From contig JBFMBF010000001.1 in the NCBI GenBank assembly GCA_040755315.1, positions 29,109 to 93,108 on the forward strand: DNA of 64,000 nucleotides, given 5' to 3'. The DNA comes from Candidatus Hadarchaeota archaeon (lineage in GTDB: Archaea; Hadarchaeota; Hadarchaeia; Hadarchaeales; Hadarchaeaceae). Shown here in pieces: positions 18,837-28,028 of this stretch; the stretch's first letter is position 1; each line of letters starts with the position of its first letter. The notes beneath the pieces were generated by a model that ran no database searches, was not told where the DNA came from, and was given only the letters and a program-made list of their open reading frames with translations. The position numbers were made by a program, and so were the translations under genes.

Positions 18837-19667
18837 CTACCCGAAAAAGAATCTGGGAAAAGCCGGTTCACACTCCACTCCCATCTCCCCGCAGACTTCT
18901 TCCACTTTCGACGACACCTGCCCCCACCACTTTGAACCCTTTCCCGTGAGGAACTGCATGCGCCCCGCGAGCCCCGGCCTCTCCTTCTGCAGCAGCGGGG
19001 TCATCCGCTCCAGAACGCCCGCCCTGAGGTTGAGCTTGTCGTAGATCAGGCGGCTCCCGGAACTCTTCGCCGCTTCGACGACTCCCCTGATGCTTTCCTC
19101 GGAGTCGGTTAGTCCCGGGATTATCGGCCCCAGGAAAATCCAGGTGTCGACCCCCCGCGACGAGAGTTCTTCGACCGCCCCGGCCCTGGCTTCCGGCGGC
19201 GACGCCCCCGGCTCGAGTTTTTTCGCGATTCCCCCGTCCATCGTCGTTATGGTGAACCCGACCTCGAAACCCTTTGGCTTGATTAAATCCTTATCCCGAA
19301 GCACCAGGGCCGACTTGGTCTGGATGCAGACGTCGAACCCGTGCGATGAGAGAATTTTGATGCATTTTCTGGTCAGCTCCAACTTCGCCTCTAGGGGCTG
19401 GTAGGGATCGGTCACCGTCGCTACGCCGACCGTCCCCTTTTCCCTCCTTCGGACCTCCTTAGCGAGGACTTCGGCGATGTTCTCCTTCGCCCGGACCACC
19501 TCCCCCCAGCGGTTGAGGAGCCCCCTGTCCCTGATCACCGAAGGCGAGTAGCAGTAGAGGCAGCCGTGCTCACAACCGATGTACGGGTTGAGCGAGTACC
19601 TCAGCCCGGGCAGCCTGCTCAAGGATAGAGCAGATTTGCAGGTTATTGTTGAGTACTCTGCGCTCAT
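18837..19667 (-). CDS. Radical SAM protein, SplB / DNA-repair-photolyase-like family (COG1533)
   Basis: CEHGCLYC is a CxxxCxxC radical SAM cluster motif; about 276 aa, typical for this family. Confidence 0.65.
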   Translation of the reverse strand: MSAEYSTITCKSALSLSRLPGLRYSLNPYIGCEHGCLYCYSPSVIRDRGLLNRWGEVVRAKENIAEVLAKEVRRREKGTVGVATVTDPYQPLEAKLELTRKCIKILSSHGFDVCIQTKSALVLRDKDLIKPKGFEVGFTITTMDGGIAKKLEPGASPPEARAGAVEELSSRGVDTWIFLGPIIPGLTDSEESIRGVVEAAKSSGSRLIYDKLNLRAGVLERMTPLLQKERPGLAGRMQFLTGKGSKWWGQVSSKVEEVCGEMGVECEPAFPRFFFG

Positions 19668-19897
19668 ATGGGCTTCACCAGCGGCCCCGATTGGTTGGGA
19701 AAATTATTGAATACTTTCGGCGCTTTTTGAAGCCGCGAAGAAAAAGCGGTTTTAACGCGGCCAAAAAGGCGATTTAGGAGTGTTTGCAGCGGGTGAAAGT
19801 TCTTAAATATTACTTTCGCCGACCTCTCTCCCCAAAAACCGTTTGAATGCTCTAAGTCAAATCGAGCTAGATGAGTACACGAGGAGACCTCTCCGGC

Positions 19898-21130
19898 ATG
19901 TTTTGGCAAGTTAGCGATTTGCAACCTATCCCTGATTTATTATACGAAAAGGTTCATTTATGGGATTTCCCCCCGTCCCGTGTCTTTGTAAAACTGAACG
20001 AGCCCTGTCGGCGCTGGCTTTTTGATGAACTCCATATGAGGTGTCAAACCAGTCATTTACTCTTCATCTTGAACACAAGGTGCAAGGCTTATGGCATTGG
20101 CCGAAGGTACAATAGAGGACACATTCGTACTTGGAAGAATGGAAGTAAAAGCGATAATGGCAAGATAAAGGATGCCCGTATCCCACTGTGGGTTCTAATC
20201 GAATTTTCAAAGTTGTTATCTGGTTCTGTCAACGATGGCGGCACCATCATGCGCCAAATTGAAAGAGAAGTTGAATACTGCGCCGCTAGCGGCAAGTCGA
20301 TACCGGTTAGGTTCAAATTTCCTCTTTTATTGACGCCGGAACTAGTTTCCGTTATTTTCCATTTATGCGGCGATGGGCATATTGGTACAGAAACTGATAC
20401 TTCCCATTATAGGCAAACAAACAAAACAGCATTCCAAAACTTTGCACGTAAATTACATAACTCATTTGGAGATTTTAGGGAAACGATAGTGGAAGATTCT
20501 AAAATCATTATACCAAGAATCATTACAGATTTTTATCAGCACTATTTTGGCATTAATAAGTGCAGGTGGAACACAGCACGCATACCCAAGCGCATTAAAG
20601 CGCTTGGGAGAGAGTTTCTTGTTGCTGGGTTGGCGGCATTTATTGTCGACGAGGGGCATGTCGGCGACCATCTGGAAATCTACTCATCTAACCCCAATCT
20701 GTTGGCAGACATAAGAGAAATTGCCCAGAAGCTCGGGCACGATTCAACAGATATCCACGCCAAGTACCGATATGGGGTTTTGAATGGATACAGATTTTTA
20801 ATCAAGAAACAAGGCGCGCTGATTTTTTACAAAGATGTCAAAGACCTATCCGAGCGATTTCCAATGTGCGGTTTAGCTCATAAAAGCGCCTGTTTAGAAC
20901 TGGGGGTTAAAATTAAAAAGCGCGGATGGCAGAAGATGCATAATGGTGTTACTAAACACAACATATTGTCATTACTACAAAGCCCGATGACTGTTCAGGA
21001 ATTATCAGAACGGATACTTATCCCAGCCGCATCTGTTCGAGAGCATTTGTCGCAACTCCGGGCGGCAGGGAAAGTCAGACTTTTTGGAAAACATGGCAGG
21101 AGGACATTATGGTTAAGTAAAGTCCAATAG
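19898..21130 (+). CDS. Free-standing double-motif LAGLIDADG endonuclease-like protein with a C-terminal winged-helix domain
   Basis: Two LAGLIDADG-type motifs (VIFHLCGDGHIG and LVAGLAAFIVDEGHVG) and a C-terminal wHTH (MTVQELSERIL...LSQLRAAGKV). AT-rich (about 43% GC). The start could also be the ATG at 19871. Confidence 0.5.
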   Translation: MFWQVSDLQPIPDLLYEKVHLWDFPPSRVFVKLNEPCRRWLFDELHMRCQTSHLLFILNTRCKAYGIGRRYNRGHIRTWKNGSKSDNGKIKDARIPLWVLIEFSKLLSGSVNDGGTIMRQIEREVEYCAASGKSIPVRFKFPLLLTPELVSVIFHLCGDGHIGTETDTSHYRQTNKTAFQNFARKLHNSFGDFRETIVEDSKIIIPRIITDFYQHYFGINKCRWNTARIPKRIKALGREFLVAGLAAFIVDEGHVGDHLEIYSSNPNLLADIREIAQKLGHDSTDIHAKYRYGVLNGYRFLIKKQGALIFYKDVKDLSERFPMCGLAHKSACLELGVKIKKRGWQKMHNGVTKHNILSLLQSPMTVQELSERILIPAASVREHLSQLRAAGKVRLFGKHGRRTLWLSKVQ

Positions 21131-22435
21131 CTTCCTTTGGGTTAGTTTGTCTTTCAAAATTCTGCTCACGCTTATCCATTTTTTGATTGGGACGCTTAAA
21201 GCGTTTGATAAGTATTCCAACGCTTTTTGGAAGGATGTAAATTTTACAGGTTCCTTCGCCAACAATGCCCTGACCGATTCACGCGTTAACCAGACCCCCA
21301 CGGGCAGAATGTATCCCGGCCTGATCTCCCTGAGCACCAGCGCCGACGCTTGCCTCTTTTCCTCTTCAAGCTTCTCGGCCACCGCCAGCCTGGAGGAGAA
21401 ATAGCAGCCCCCAACTTCCGGGTAAGTGGTCCTCCCTTGGTAAGGCTCCCAGTCTGCAAGCATCGCTGGTGCCGTAGCCCACCTGTCAGGGTTCCATGTC
21501 GTCCCAGGGAACCAAGCTTCAATCCACTCAAAGCTCCATTTTTCAGGCGCGAGGATGGCCACAAACCTGTTGTCAAGCTGCTCAAAGTAGTAAACGCGGT
21601 ACTCGTCAATTGTGTCGAACTGCTTTATTCTGTCCACCAGCTCCTGCGAGATTATCGAGTCGACGGCGGTAATGCTCCAGCGGGTCGGGACCAGCCTTCG
21701 CCTGTCCCCCGTGCCGAACATCCCGAGGCTGAAGGAACGCTGGATTTGGGTCACAAGCACGCCGTCGTGGTAAAGGTCCAGCACGGCGTCTGCAGCCTTC
21801 AGGTCCCTGTCGTAATACGCATTCTCTATCTTGGGGTTGGTGTTCACGTCAGATGAGCTGAAAGACTTCATAGGGGCCGATGGGCCAAATGGCTGAATCT
21901 CGCTTCCCAAGGTGATTGTTTTTGAAGGCAGCCTGTCAAGATTGACCTCGGCGTCAACCGGCTGCTTCCCCATCGCCAGCTCCTGCATAGAGTCTATGAG
22001 TCTGCCGCCCTCGCGGGCATCGTGGACGCTGGCTTTTGCCATTCCTCTTATCAGTGAGAACCGGTAGTCTACGATCTCCTTAATGTCCTTCCCGACCCAC
22101 AGTTCCGGCGTGTCAAGTATGGTCGTGTCCCCCTTGAAAGGCGGGACCATCGGCCCAATGTAGACCTTAGGATAGCCGATTCTCCCCACAAAGACGCCTG
22201 GCGGGGTGGAGCCCTCGATTCTTGTGGAAGTTATTTTCAGCGACGACCTGGCCAGAGACTGCGCCCGCGCCACCACAGGGCAGCTGAGCTTCCCGCAGAG
22301 CATCCTACCCCCCTTGCAGAGCAGACACATGGAGCCGGATCGGCCCGGGTTCAGCTTGAAATCATTTGGCGTAAAATTTCCCAGGTATTCACGCGATATT
22401 ACGTCCTGCAGCCACCGGGTCTGGTATATGGGCAT
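21113..22435 (-). CDS. Nre-family putative DNA repair protein (DUF650/DUF651-like)
   Basis: N-terminal Cys cluster CLLCKGGRMLCGKLSCPV; about 440 aa, matching archaeal Nre proteins. The assignment is tentative. Confidence 0.4.
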   Translation of the reverse strand: MPIYQTRWLQDVISREYLGNFTPNDFKLNPGRSGSMCLLCKGGRMLCGKLSCPVVARAQSLARSSLKITSTRIEGSTPPGVFVGRIGYPKVYIGPMVPPFKGDTTILDTPELWVGKDIKEIVDYRFSLIRGMAKASVHDAREGGRLIDSMQELAMGKQPVDAEVNLDRLPSKTITLGSEIQPFGPSAPMKSFSSSDVNTNPKIENAYYDRDLKAADAVLDLYHDGVLVTQIQRSFSLGMFGTGDRRRLVPTRWSITAVDSIISQELVDRIKQFDTIDEYRVYYFEQLDNRFVAILAPEKWSFEWIEAWFPGTTWNPDRWATAPAMLADWEPYQGRTTYPEVGGCYFSSRLAVAEKLEEEKRQASALVLREIRPGYILPVGVWLTRESVRALLAKEPVKFTSFQKALEYLSNALSVPIKKWISVSRILKDKLTQRKLLDFT

Positions 22436-22489
22436 GTTTTCAGGCCCAATTTATCTTTGAGCGGTTGCCCTAAAAATGCTGGGAGAATG

Positions 22490-23650
22490 TTAAAGGTGGG
22501 CTCTTAAAAATTTAACCAGGCGACGGCGGAGCTGAAATGCTTCAACTCTCAATGCCCCGAGCCGCAAACCTGAGATTATTACTCCTGTGGCTGAGACGAC
22601 AGCCAATATTTCCATGGCCTTGGGTCCGGTAAATGTCGGGGGCGCGTCCTGTAGGTATCCCCTGACGTCGCGTCCGTAGACGCTGGGAGTGAAGTTGTCG
22701 TAACTAAGCAGCAGGTTCGGCGCCCAGTCAGCACTGAAAACATAAGCAATCCAGCTCTCGCCCCTTGCCTCCAAAGCTGCCAGGGAATATTCATCTGTCT
22801 CCGCCCATAGCGTGATGACATTTTCCACCTTGGGGCTCCAATCGTAGTAGGATGTTCTCTTGTAAGACACATTATTGTCCGAGATCGGGTACTTGGCGGC
22901 CCAGTAGAGGTCCCTCGCGTAGTGCAGCCCGCTCACCAGAATCATCTTGTAAGGGTCGTTTTTCCTTATCCTGCCGATGATGTTTTCCTCGGCGAAAGCC
23001 TTCCATCTAAGCCACCCCACTTCACAGTTGTCGTTTTTCGGCCACTTTACTTCGTTGAATATCTCGTAGGCCACAACCGTGTTTTCGTACCTGTAACGCA
23101 GGCTCGCCTCCTCCCAAAAGCTGAACAGCCACTCATTCTTGTAAAGAAAAATGTTCTCAGTCTGTTCGCCGGTGGGCTCCGTGTGGTAAGTCTCCTCAGG
23201 AGGGTAACCAACTGAGTGGAAGTCAAGTACAATCATAAGGCCATTCTTCCTCGCCTCCACGACCGCCCTGTCAACATCACCCCACGGGGGAACATTTTCC
23301 CAGAGGTAGTAAATTACTGGGTAGACTGGAACCCGGATGGTGTTTGCACCCCAGGCCTTGATCTCAGCCATGTATTTTGAGAAATCCACTCCCTTGTTGT
23401 CAAGCATGATGGGCGGCATTATCCCCACTCCTTCGAACTTGATTTTCGTGTCACTTAGGTAGAAACCGTTGTCCCTTGCCACGACGTAGGGCTGCACCTC
23501 CCCAGAGGTAGCTATCGTGAATGGCATTCTTTGCCAGGCGAACCTGATCGCGAAGTACGACGCTGAGAAAAGCAGGAGTATCAAGAAGAACACAAAGAGG
23601 CCGCTCCAAATGCAAACAGATGTACGCCGCTTCATCGTCTCATCACCCAA
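22490..23650 (-). CDS. Membrane-anchored glycoside hydrolase family 5-like (cellulase-like)
   Basis: N-terminal TM anchor, GANTIRVPV, and an EIFNEV acid/base motif with a later conserved Glu. Confidence 0.55.
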   Translation of the reverse strand: MGDETMKRRTSVCIWSGLFVFFLILLLFSASYFAIRFAWQRMPFTIATSGEVQPYVVARDNGFYLSDTKIKFEGVGIMPPIMLDNKGVDFSKYMAEIKAWGANTIRVPVYPVIYYLWENVPPWGDVDRAVVEARKNGLMIVLDFHSVGYPPEETYHTEPTGEQTENIFLYKNEWLFSFWEEASLRYRYENTVVAYEIFNEVKWPKNDNCEVGWLRWKAFAEENIIGRIRKNDPYKMILVSGLHYARDLYWAAKYPISDNNVSYKRTSYYDWSPKVENVITLWAETDEYSLAALEARGESWIAYVFSADWAPNLLLSYDNFTPSVYGRDVRGYLQDAPPTFTGPKAMEILAVVSATGVIISGLRLGALRVEAFQLRRRLVKFLRAHL

Positions 23651-23757
23651 AAGTGGTTATTGCAAACTTCAGCTTCATAGTGGCACCCGCGTCATAAAGT
23701 AATGCAACCCCAGTCTATAAATCCTTTAGACCTGTAAGTCAATGAAGTTCTGAGGGG

Positions 23758-24753
23758 ATGTCTTTGGAGTACAATCTTGAGGAAGATAGGGTGTGCCAGT
23801 TCCTGGAGCAGCAAAGCGCCAAGAAGGCAGCGATTCAGCTACCGGGTGGCATAAGACTCCGCCAAATCGAGGTGGCGAAGGTTTTTGAGAAGAAGGGAGT
23901 CCAGCCGGTGTTCATGGCTGGCAGCTGCTTCGGGGCATGCGATTTGGCGGACAGGCAGGCAAAGCAGCTTGGATGTGATGTGCTGGTTCATTATGGCCAC
24001 GCGGACATGGGGCTGTCAACTTGCCTCCCGACGCTTTACGTCGAGGCCAGGGCTCCGTCCGACCCGTCAAAAGCCGTCGAGAAGGCCATCTCCGGCTTCA
24101 GGTTCAAGCGGGTCGGGCTCATCACCACAATCCAGCATGTCGGTCATTTGGAAAAGGTTACAGAACTCCTTCGCTCGCGCGGGCTGGAGCCAGTGGTGGG
24201 CGGTCCGGGGCCGCGGGCCAGATACCCCGGGCAGCTTCTCGGTTGTGACTTTGGCTGTGCCACCTCAATCTCCAGCAAAGTGGACGGTTTCATTTACATT
24301 GGTACCGGCAACTTTCATCCGTTAGGCGCGGCTCTCGCCACGGGAAAGGAGGTCCTTGCGGTCAATCCAACTGACGGAGCCAGGCCTATCTCGCCGGATT
24401 TGGGCGGGTTCATCAGGGGAAGAAAGGCGGCGATAACCGCAGCCAGCGCGGCCGAGAGAGTGGGTGTAGTGGCAAGTTCAAAGCCGGGGCAGGCCCGCTT
24501 GGGACTTGCGGAGGATATCGTGGAAACATTGAGAAAGGCGGGGCGCGAAGCCAGCCTTCTTGTGGTGGACGATGTTGTCCCCGAAAGTCTGGCGGACTTC
24601 GGGCTGGACGCGGCCGTCTGCACGGCGTGCCCGCGGATAGCAACGGACGACGTGGAGAGGTTTGAGTTTCCCGTCATCACGCCGTTCGAGGCCAAGGTTA
24701 TGCTTGGGTTGGAAAAATTGGAACCATACAGGCTGGACGAGTTCAGCAGGTAG
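23758..24753 (+). CDS. dph2: Diphthamide biosynthesis enzyme Dph2 (2-(3-amino-3-carboxypropyl)histidine synthase)
   Basis: Three-domain Dph2 layout with conserved Cys residues (SCFGACD, GCDFGCAT, CTACPR); about 331 aa. Confidence 0.8.
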   Translation: MSLEYNLEEDRVCQFLEQQSAKKAAIQLPGGIRLRQIEVAKVFEKKGVQPVFMAGSCFGACDLADRQAKQLGCDVLVHYGHADMGLSTCLPTLYVEARAPSDPSKAVEKAISGFRFKRVGLITTIQHVGHLEKVTELLRSRGLEPVVGGPGPRARYPGQLLGCDFGCATSISSKVDGFIYIGTGNFHPLGAALATGKEVLAVNPTDGARPISPDLGGFIRGRKAAITAASAAERVGVVASSKPGQARLGLAEDIVETLRKAGREASLLVVDDVVPESLADFGLDAAVCTACPRIATDDVERFEFPVITPFEAKVMLGLEKLEPYRLDEFSR

Positions 24754-24790
24754 TTTTAAACCTTGAGTGGATAGTTAAGGTGGGATTTAA

Positions 24791-25369
24791 ATGACGGAGA
24801 TAAAGACGGGGGATTTTGTCCTTCCAGGTGACTTTCTGTCCACCGCGGAGGAGTTCGTCCCTGGTGAAGGCGCATACGACGAGGGCGGCAAAATCTACGC
24901 CGCCAGCACAGGCGTTGTTCTGGTTGACTCAAGAAACAAGAAGATTTCAGTTTTCTCAAGGCCAAAGGGTCCGCCGGCACTCAGGCCTGGGGACGCGATA
25001 ATTGGCCGCGTGGACGATGTGAGGGAGCAGTCGGTAAACGTAGAGATAGGTGCCATGAGGGGAAGAGAAGACAGGGAGCTCCCAGCGCCTAAGATGGGGT
25101 CAATCCACATCTCTCAGGCGAACACGAGTTACGTGAGGGATTTGAGCCATCTCTTCAAAGTCGGAGACATAGTCAGGGCGAAAGTGGTCGGCACCCAAAG
25201 GGAGCAGGCGCAGCTGACAACGGCAGCAAAGGAGTTTGGGGTTCTGGTAGCCAGCTGCTCGCGATGCAAGACGACTCTGGATCGGGACGGGACGAAGCTC
25301 CGGTGCCCGAACTGTGGCAATGTTGAGAACAGGAAGACCGCCAGTGACTACAGGCAGGGAGCCCTCTGA
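24791..25369 (+). CDS. csl4: Exosome complex RNA-binding protein Csl4
   Basis: N-terminal beta domain, S1 domain, and a C-terminal zinc ribbon (CSRCKT...CPNCG). Confidence 0.8.
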   Translation: MTEIKTGDFVLPGDFLSTAEEFVPGEGAYDEGGKIYAASTGVVLVDSRNKKISVFSRPKGPPALRPGDAIIGRVDDVREQSVNVEIGAMRGREDRELPAPKMGSIHISQANTSYVRDLSHLFKVGDIVRAKVVGTQREQAQLTTAAKEFGVLVASCSRCKTTLDRDGTKLRCPNCGNVENRKTASDYRQGAL

Positions 25370-25410
25370 TAGGAAAAATCAGGAAAAAGATAAAACTCCA
25401 CGTTGACAGT

Positions 25411-25614
25411 TCAGCCCAGGTGATCAGGGCGATGGAGGCTCTCGAGAGATCGGGATTGGAGGTCGAGGCCGAGTTCTGGCCAAGCTCTCTGCAGGTCACC
25501 GTGGCCGGAAGCAAGGAAGAGATAAGGGAGGTCGAGTCAAAGTTGCGCAGCGTTTTTAAGCAGGGTTTAAATAAGCGGAGGGGGAAATCCCTGAGGGATG
25601 AGGATGCAGCTTGA
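25411..25614 (+). CDS. Small hypothetical protein between csl4 and rpoL
   Basis: Open frame from 25372; the only canonical start is GTG near 25411. The translation (VIRAMEALERSGLEVEAEF...) is alpha/beta-like. No family recognised. Confidence 0.2.
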   Translation, partial: SAQVIRAMEALERSGLEVEAEFWPSSLQVTVAGSKEEIREVESKLRSVFKQGLNKRRGKSLRDEDAA

Positions 25615-25882
25615 GCTAGTTGAAAAAGGGGACAAAAGCAGAAAAATCAAGATAGTTGGAGAGGACCACACTTTCTGCAACCTTCTCCGGCACGAGTTGC
25701 ATCAGGACAGGAATGTCGAGGCGGCGGCGTACGCAATTGAGCACCCCCTGACCGAGCACCCGAAGTTCTTTGTAAAGTCGGAAAAATCCCCGGAAAAAGC
25801 CATGTTGGACGCGGCCGAGAGGGTATCGGAACAGCTTGACGAGCTTCGTGGGCAGTTCCAGAAAGCGATAAAGGGAAAGTAG
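25598..25882 (+). CDS. rpoL: DNA-directed RNA polymerase subunit L (Rpb11 homolog)
   Basis: IVGEDHTFCNLLRHELHQD...AAYAIEHPL is the RpoL signature; about 94 aa. Located after csl4 as in many archaea. Confidence 0.8.
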   Translation: MRMQLELVEKGDKSRKIKIVGEDHTFCNLLRHELHQDRNVEAAAYAIEHPLTEHPKFFVKSEKSPEKAMLDAAERVSEQLDELRGQFQKAIKGK

Positions 25883-25903
25883 GGAAACTCTTTTGGGTCT
25901 GGC

Positions 25904-26506
25904 TTGAAAGACGTGAAGTTCTGGCAGGTAAAGCCGGAGATAAGGATTCTGGGCGTGGACGACGGGCCACTGGACGCCCCCGGAAAAGAGGTTCCGCTTG
26001 TGGGAGTGGTCTTCAGGGGAGGGAAGTGGATAGACGGCGTCCTTAAGACAACTGTAACAAAGGACGGAACTGACGCAACTGAAAAGCTGGTGGAAATGGT
26101 GGGGGGGAGCCGCCACTTGGAGCAGTTGAGGGTGGTGATGGTGGACGGAGTAACGTTCGCCGGCTTCAATGTCATCGATGTCAGAGAGGTTTTCAGGAGG
26201 CTCAGCATACCGGTCATAGTTGTTTCAAGGGAGATGCCGAACTTGGGAGACATCCTGAAGGCGGTCAGGCATCTACCGGAATGGAGGAAGAGGTGGTTGG
26301 CACTGAAAAAAGCCGGGAAAATACACCGGCTGGAAATCAGGCGGAGAAAGGGGGCTGTTTACATCCAGGCAGTAGGGCTGAAGCTTGAGGACGCCGCGCG
26401 GATAGTGCAGTTGAGCTCCACTAGGAGTCTGGTACCGGAGCCACTTAGAGCGGCGCACATGATAGCAACGGCGATGGTGAAGGGGGAGAGCCATGGCAGG
26501 GTCTAA
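25904..26506 (+). CDS. UPF0215 / DUF99 family protein
   Basis: Begins with the VKPEIRILGVDDGP motif characteristic of DUF99; about 200 aa. Confidence 0.5.
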   Translation: MKDVKFWQVKPEIRILGVDDGPLDAPGKEVPLVGVVFRGGKWIDGVLKTTVTKDGTDATEKLVEMVGGSRHLEQLRVVMVDGVTFAGFNVIDVREVFRRLSIPVIVVSREMPNLGDILKAVRHLPEWRKRWLALKKAGKIHRLEIRRRKGAVYIQAVGLKLEDAARIVQLSSTRSLVPEPLRAAHMIATAMVKGESHGRV

Positions 26507-27131
26507 GTCAAACGGGAGGCTCTCCGGGGCAAGGAAGGCAGTGGAGCGCCGGTTGTTCCAAGGAGTAGGAAGGTGGGTGCTCGAGTTCCTGCTCACCCTC
26601 GGCATACTATACTTCGTCTTCGCTGGGGCGTTGATTCTAATTTTCAGAACCGACTCCTACTGGATGGCCGTGACATCGGGCAGCATGGTACACGAGGGGC
26701 AGGACTGGGAGTCTTATTTTGAGGATGTCAACGTCCGCAAGTCTTTCCTCGTCAACCAGGGCCTCACACAGGTTGCGGAGAATACTCCAACATTTGATGC
26801 TTCGAAATTCCCGATTCAGGGAGGGTTTGAGAGAGGGGACCTTCTTTTTATTCAGGGCGTGGGCTCGGTTTCTGATATCTCCGTTGGTGATGTTCTGATA
26901 GTCGATCGCAGCCCATACACCATCCCTCTGACACACAGGGTTCTAGCCGTTTGGGAGGATAGTGGGGCAGTGAGGTTTACCACAAAAGGGGACCACAACA
27001 CTTATCTCGTGAATGACTCTAACACCCCTTGGCCAGACGATTTGATCATCTATCCAGAAAGGATAACAGGCAAGGTGGTTTTTGTCATCCCGAAGCTTGG
27101 GAACATAGCTCTGTGGTTCCAGAACAGGTGA
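26493..27131 (+). CDS. Archaeal signal peptidase I (Sec11/S26B type)
   Basis: N-terminal TM then the TSGSM box containing the catalytic Ser. Confidence 0.7.
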   Translation: MAGSKSNGRLSGARKAVERRLFQGVGRWVLEFLLTLGILYFVFAGALILIFRTDSYWMAVTSGSMVHEGQDWESYFEDVNVRKSFLVNQGLTQVAENTPTFDASKFPIQGGFERGDLLFIQGVGSVSDISVGDVLIVDRSPYTIPLTHRVLAVWEDSGAVRFTTKGDHNTYLVNDSNTPWPDDLIIYPERITGKVVFVIPKLGNIALWFQNR

Positions 27132-27135
27132 GGAG

Positions 27136-27528
27136 ATGAAGAAGAAGCCGGAGCTTTCGGTGGATGTCGTCATCAAGGCACGGGAAGGGGTGGTGTTGAT
27201 CAAGCGGAGGAAGAACCCCTTCAGGGGAGGATGGGCGCTCCCGGGTGGTTTCGTGAAGTACAAGGAGAGGGTAGAGGACGCCGCCGTCAGGGAGGTTAAG
27301 GAGGAGACGGGCCTGGAGGTCGGGATTGAAAGGCTGGTCGGGGTCTACTCCGCCCCGGACAGGGATCCCCGCGGGCACACGGTCACAGTGTGTTTTTTGG
27401 CGAGGCCGGTGGGAGGCAGGCTGAAGGCCGGGTCGGACGCGGCCGGCGCCAGGTTTTTCAAGAAAATACCGTGGAGAAAGGTGGCGTTCGACCACGCGAA
27501 GATTTTAAAGGACGCGGGTTTCAGGTGA
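27136..27528 (+). CDS. NUDIX hydrolase
   Basis: Nudix box GGWALPGGFVKYKERVEDAAVREVKEETGL. Confidence 0.75.
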   Translation: MKKKPELSVDVVIKAREGVVLIKRRKNPFRGGWALPGGFVKYKERVEDAAVREVKEETGLEVGIERLVGVYSAPDRDPRGHTVTVCFLARPVGGRLKAGSDAAGARFFKKIPWRKVAFDHAKILKDAGFR

Positions 27529-27532
27529 AGCT

Positions 27533-27859
27533 ATGCAGTTTTGCAAGAAGTGCGGGTCGCTGATGTTGCCTAAGAAGATTGATGGGGACGTTTTTCTCAC
27601 GTGCACTTCATGCGGCCACTCCGTGAAGGCTGAGGGGTCCGAGGAGTACAAGATGGTGAAAAAAAGCGAGGATAAGGAGGAGGTCACGGTCGTGGAAGAA
27701 AAATCTGGGCCAGCTTTACCTACAACACGAGCACATTGTCCTAAATGTGGCCACGGTACTGCATACTGGTGGATGCGGCAGACGCGTGCAGGGGATGAAC
27801 CAGCAACACGGTTTTACCGCTGTGTAAAATGTGCCCACACTTGGAGAGAATACACATAG
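27533..27859 (+). CDS. tfs: Transcription factor S (TFIIS-like; RpoM-like C-terminal zinc ribbon)
   Basis: N-terminal zinc ribbon CKKCGS...CTSCGH and a C-terminal zinc ribbon CPKCGH...RAGDEPATRFYRCVKCAHTW with an acidic DE loop. Codon usage shifts to AT-rich from about 27700 onward. Confidence 0.85.
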   Translation: MQFCKKCGSLMLPKKIDGDVFLTCTSCGHSVKAEGSEEYKMVKKSEDKEEVTVVEEKSGPALPTTRAHCPKCGHGTAYWWMRQTRAGDEPATRFYRCVKCAHTWREYT

Positions 27860-28028
27860 TAACTGATTATTTCGGTGCTTCTGTAGATGAGATAGACTCA
27901 AAACACAAAAAAGTGTGCCAAATCTCAAATTAGGCGGCGCTTAAAAGTGCTTGGGAGAAAGCCGAATACTTTCTGCAACCTCTACAAAAGTAGTTTAAGA
28001 TTTAGCAATTACCATAAACAGACACATC

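Noticed and set aside
19717-19747. Perfect 8-bp stem hairpin (CGCTTTTT-12nt-AAAAAGCG) followed by TTTT
   Set aside because: It looks terminator-like, but no upstream gene is transcribed toward it on that strand, and on the other strand it lies upstream of a gene start. It is more likely an incidental structure within an AT-rich intergenic region.
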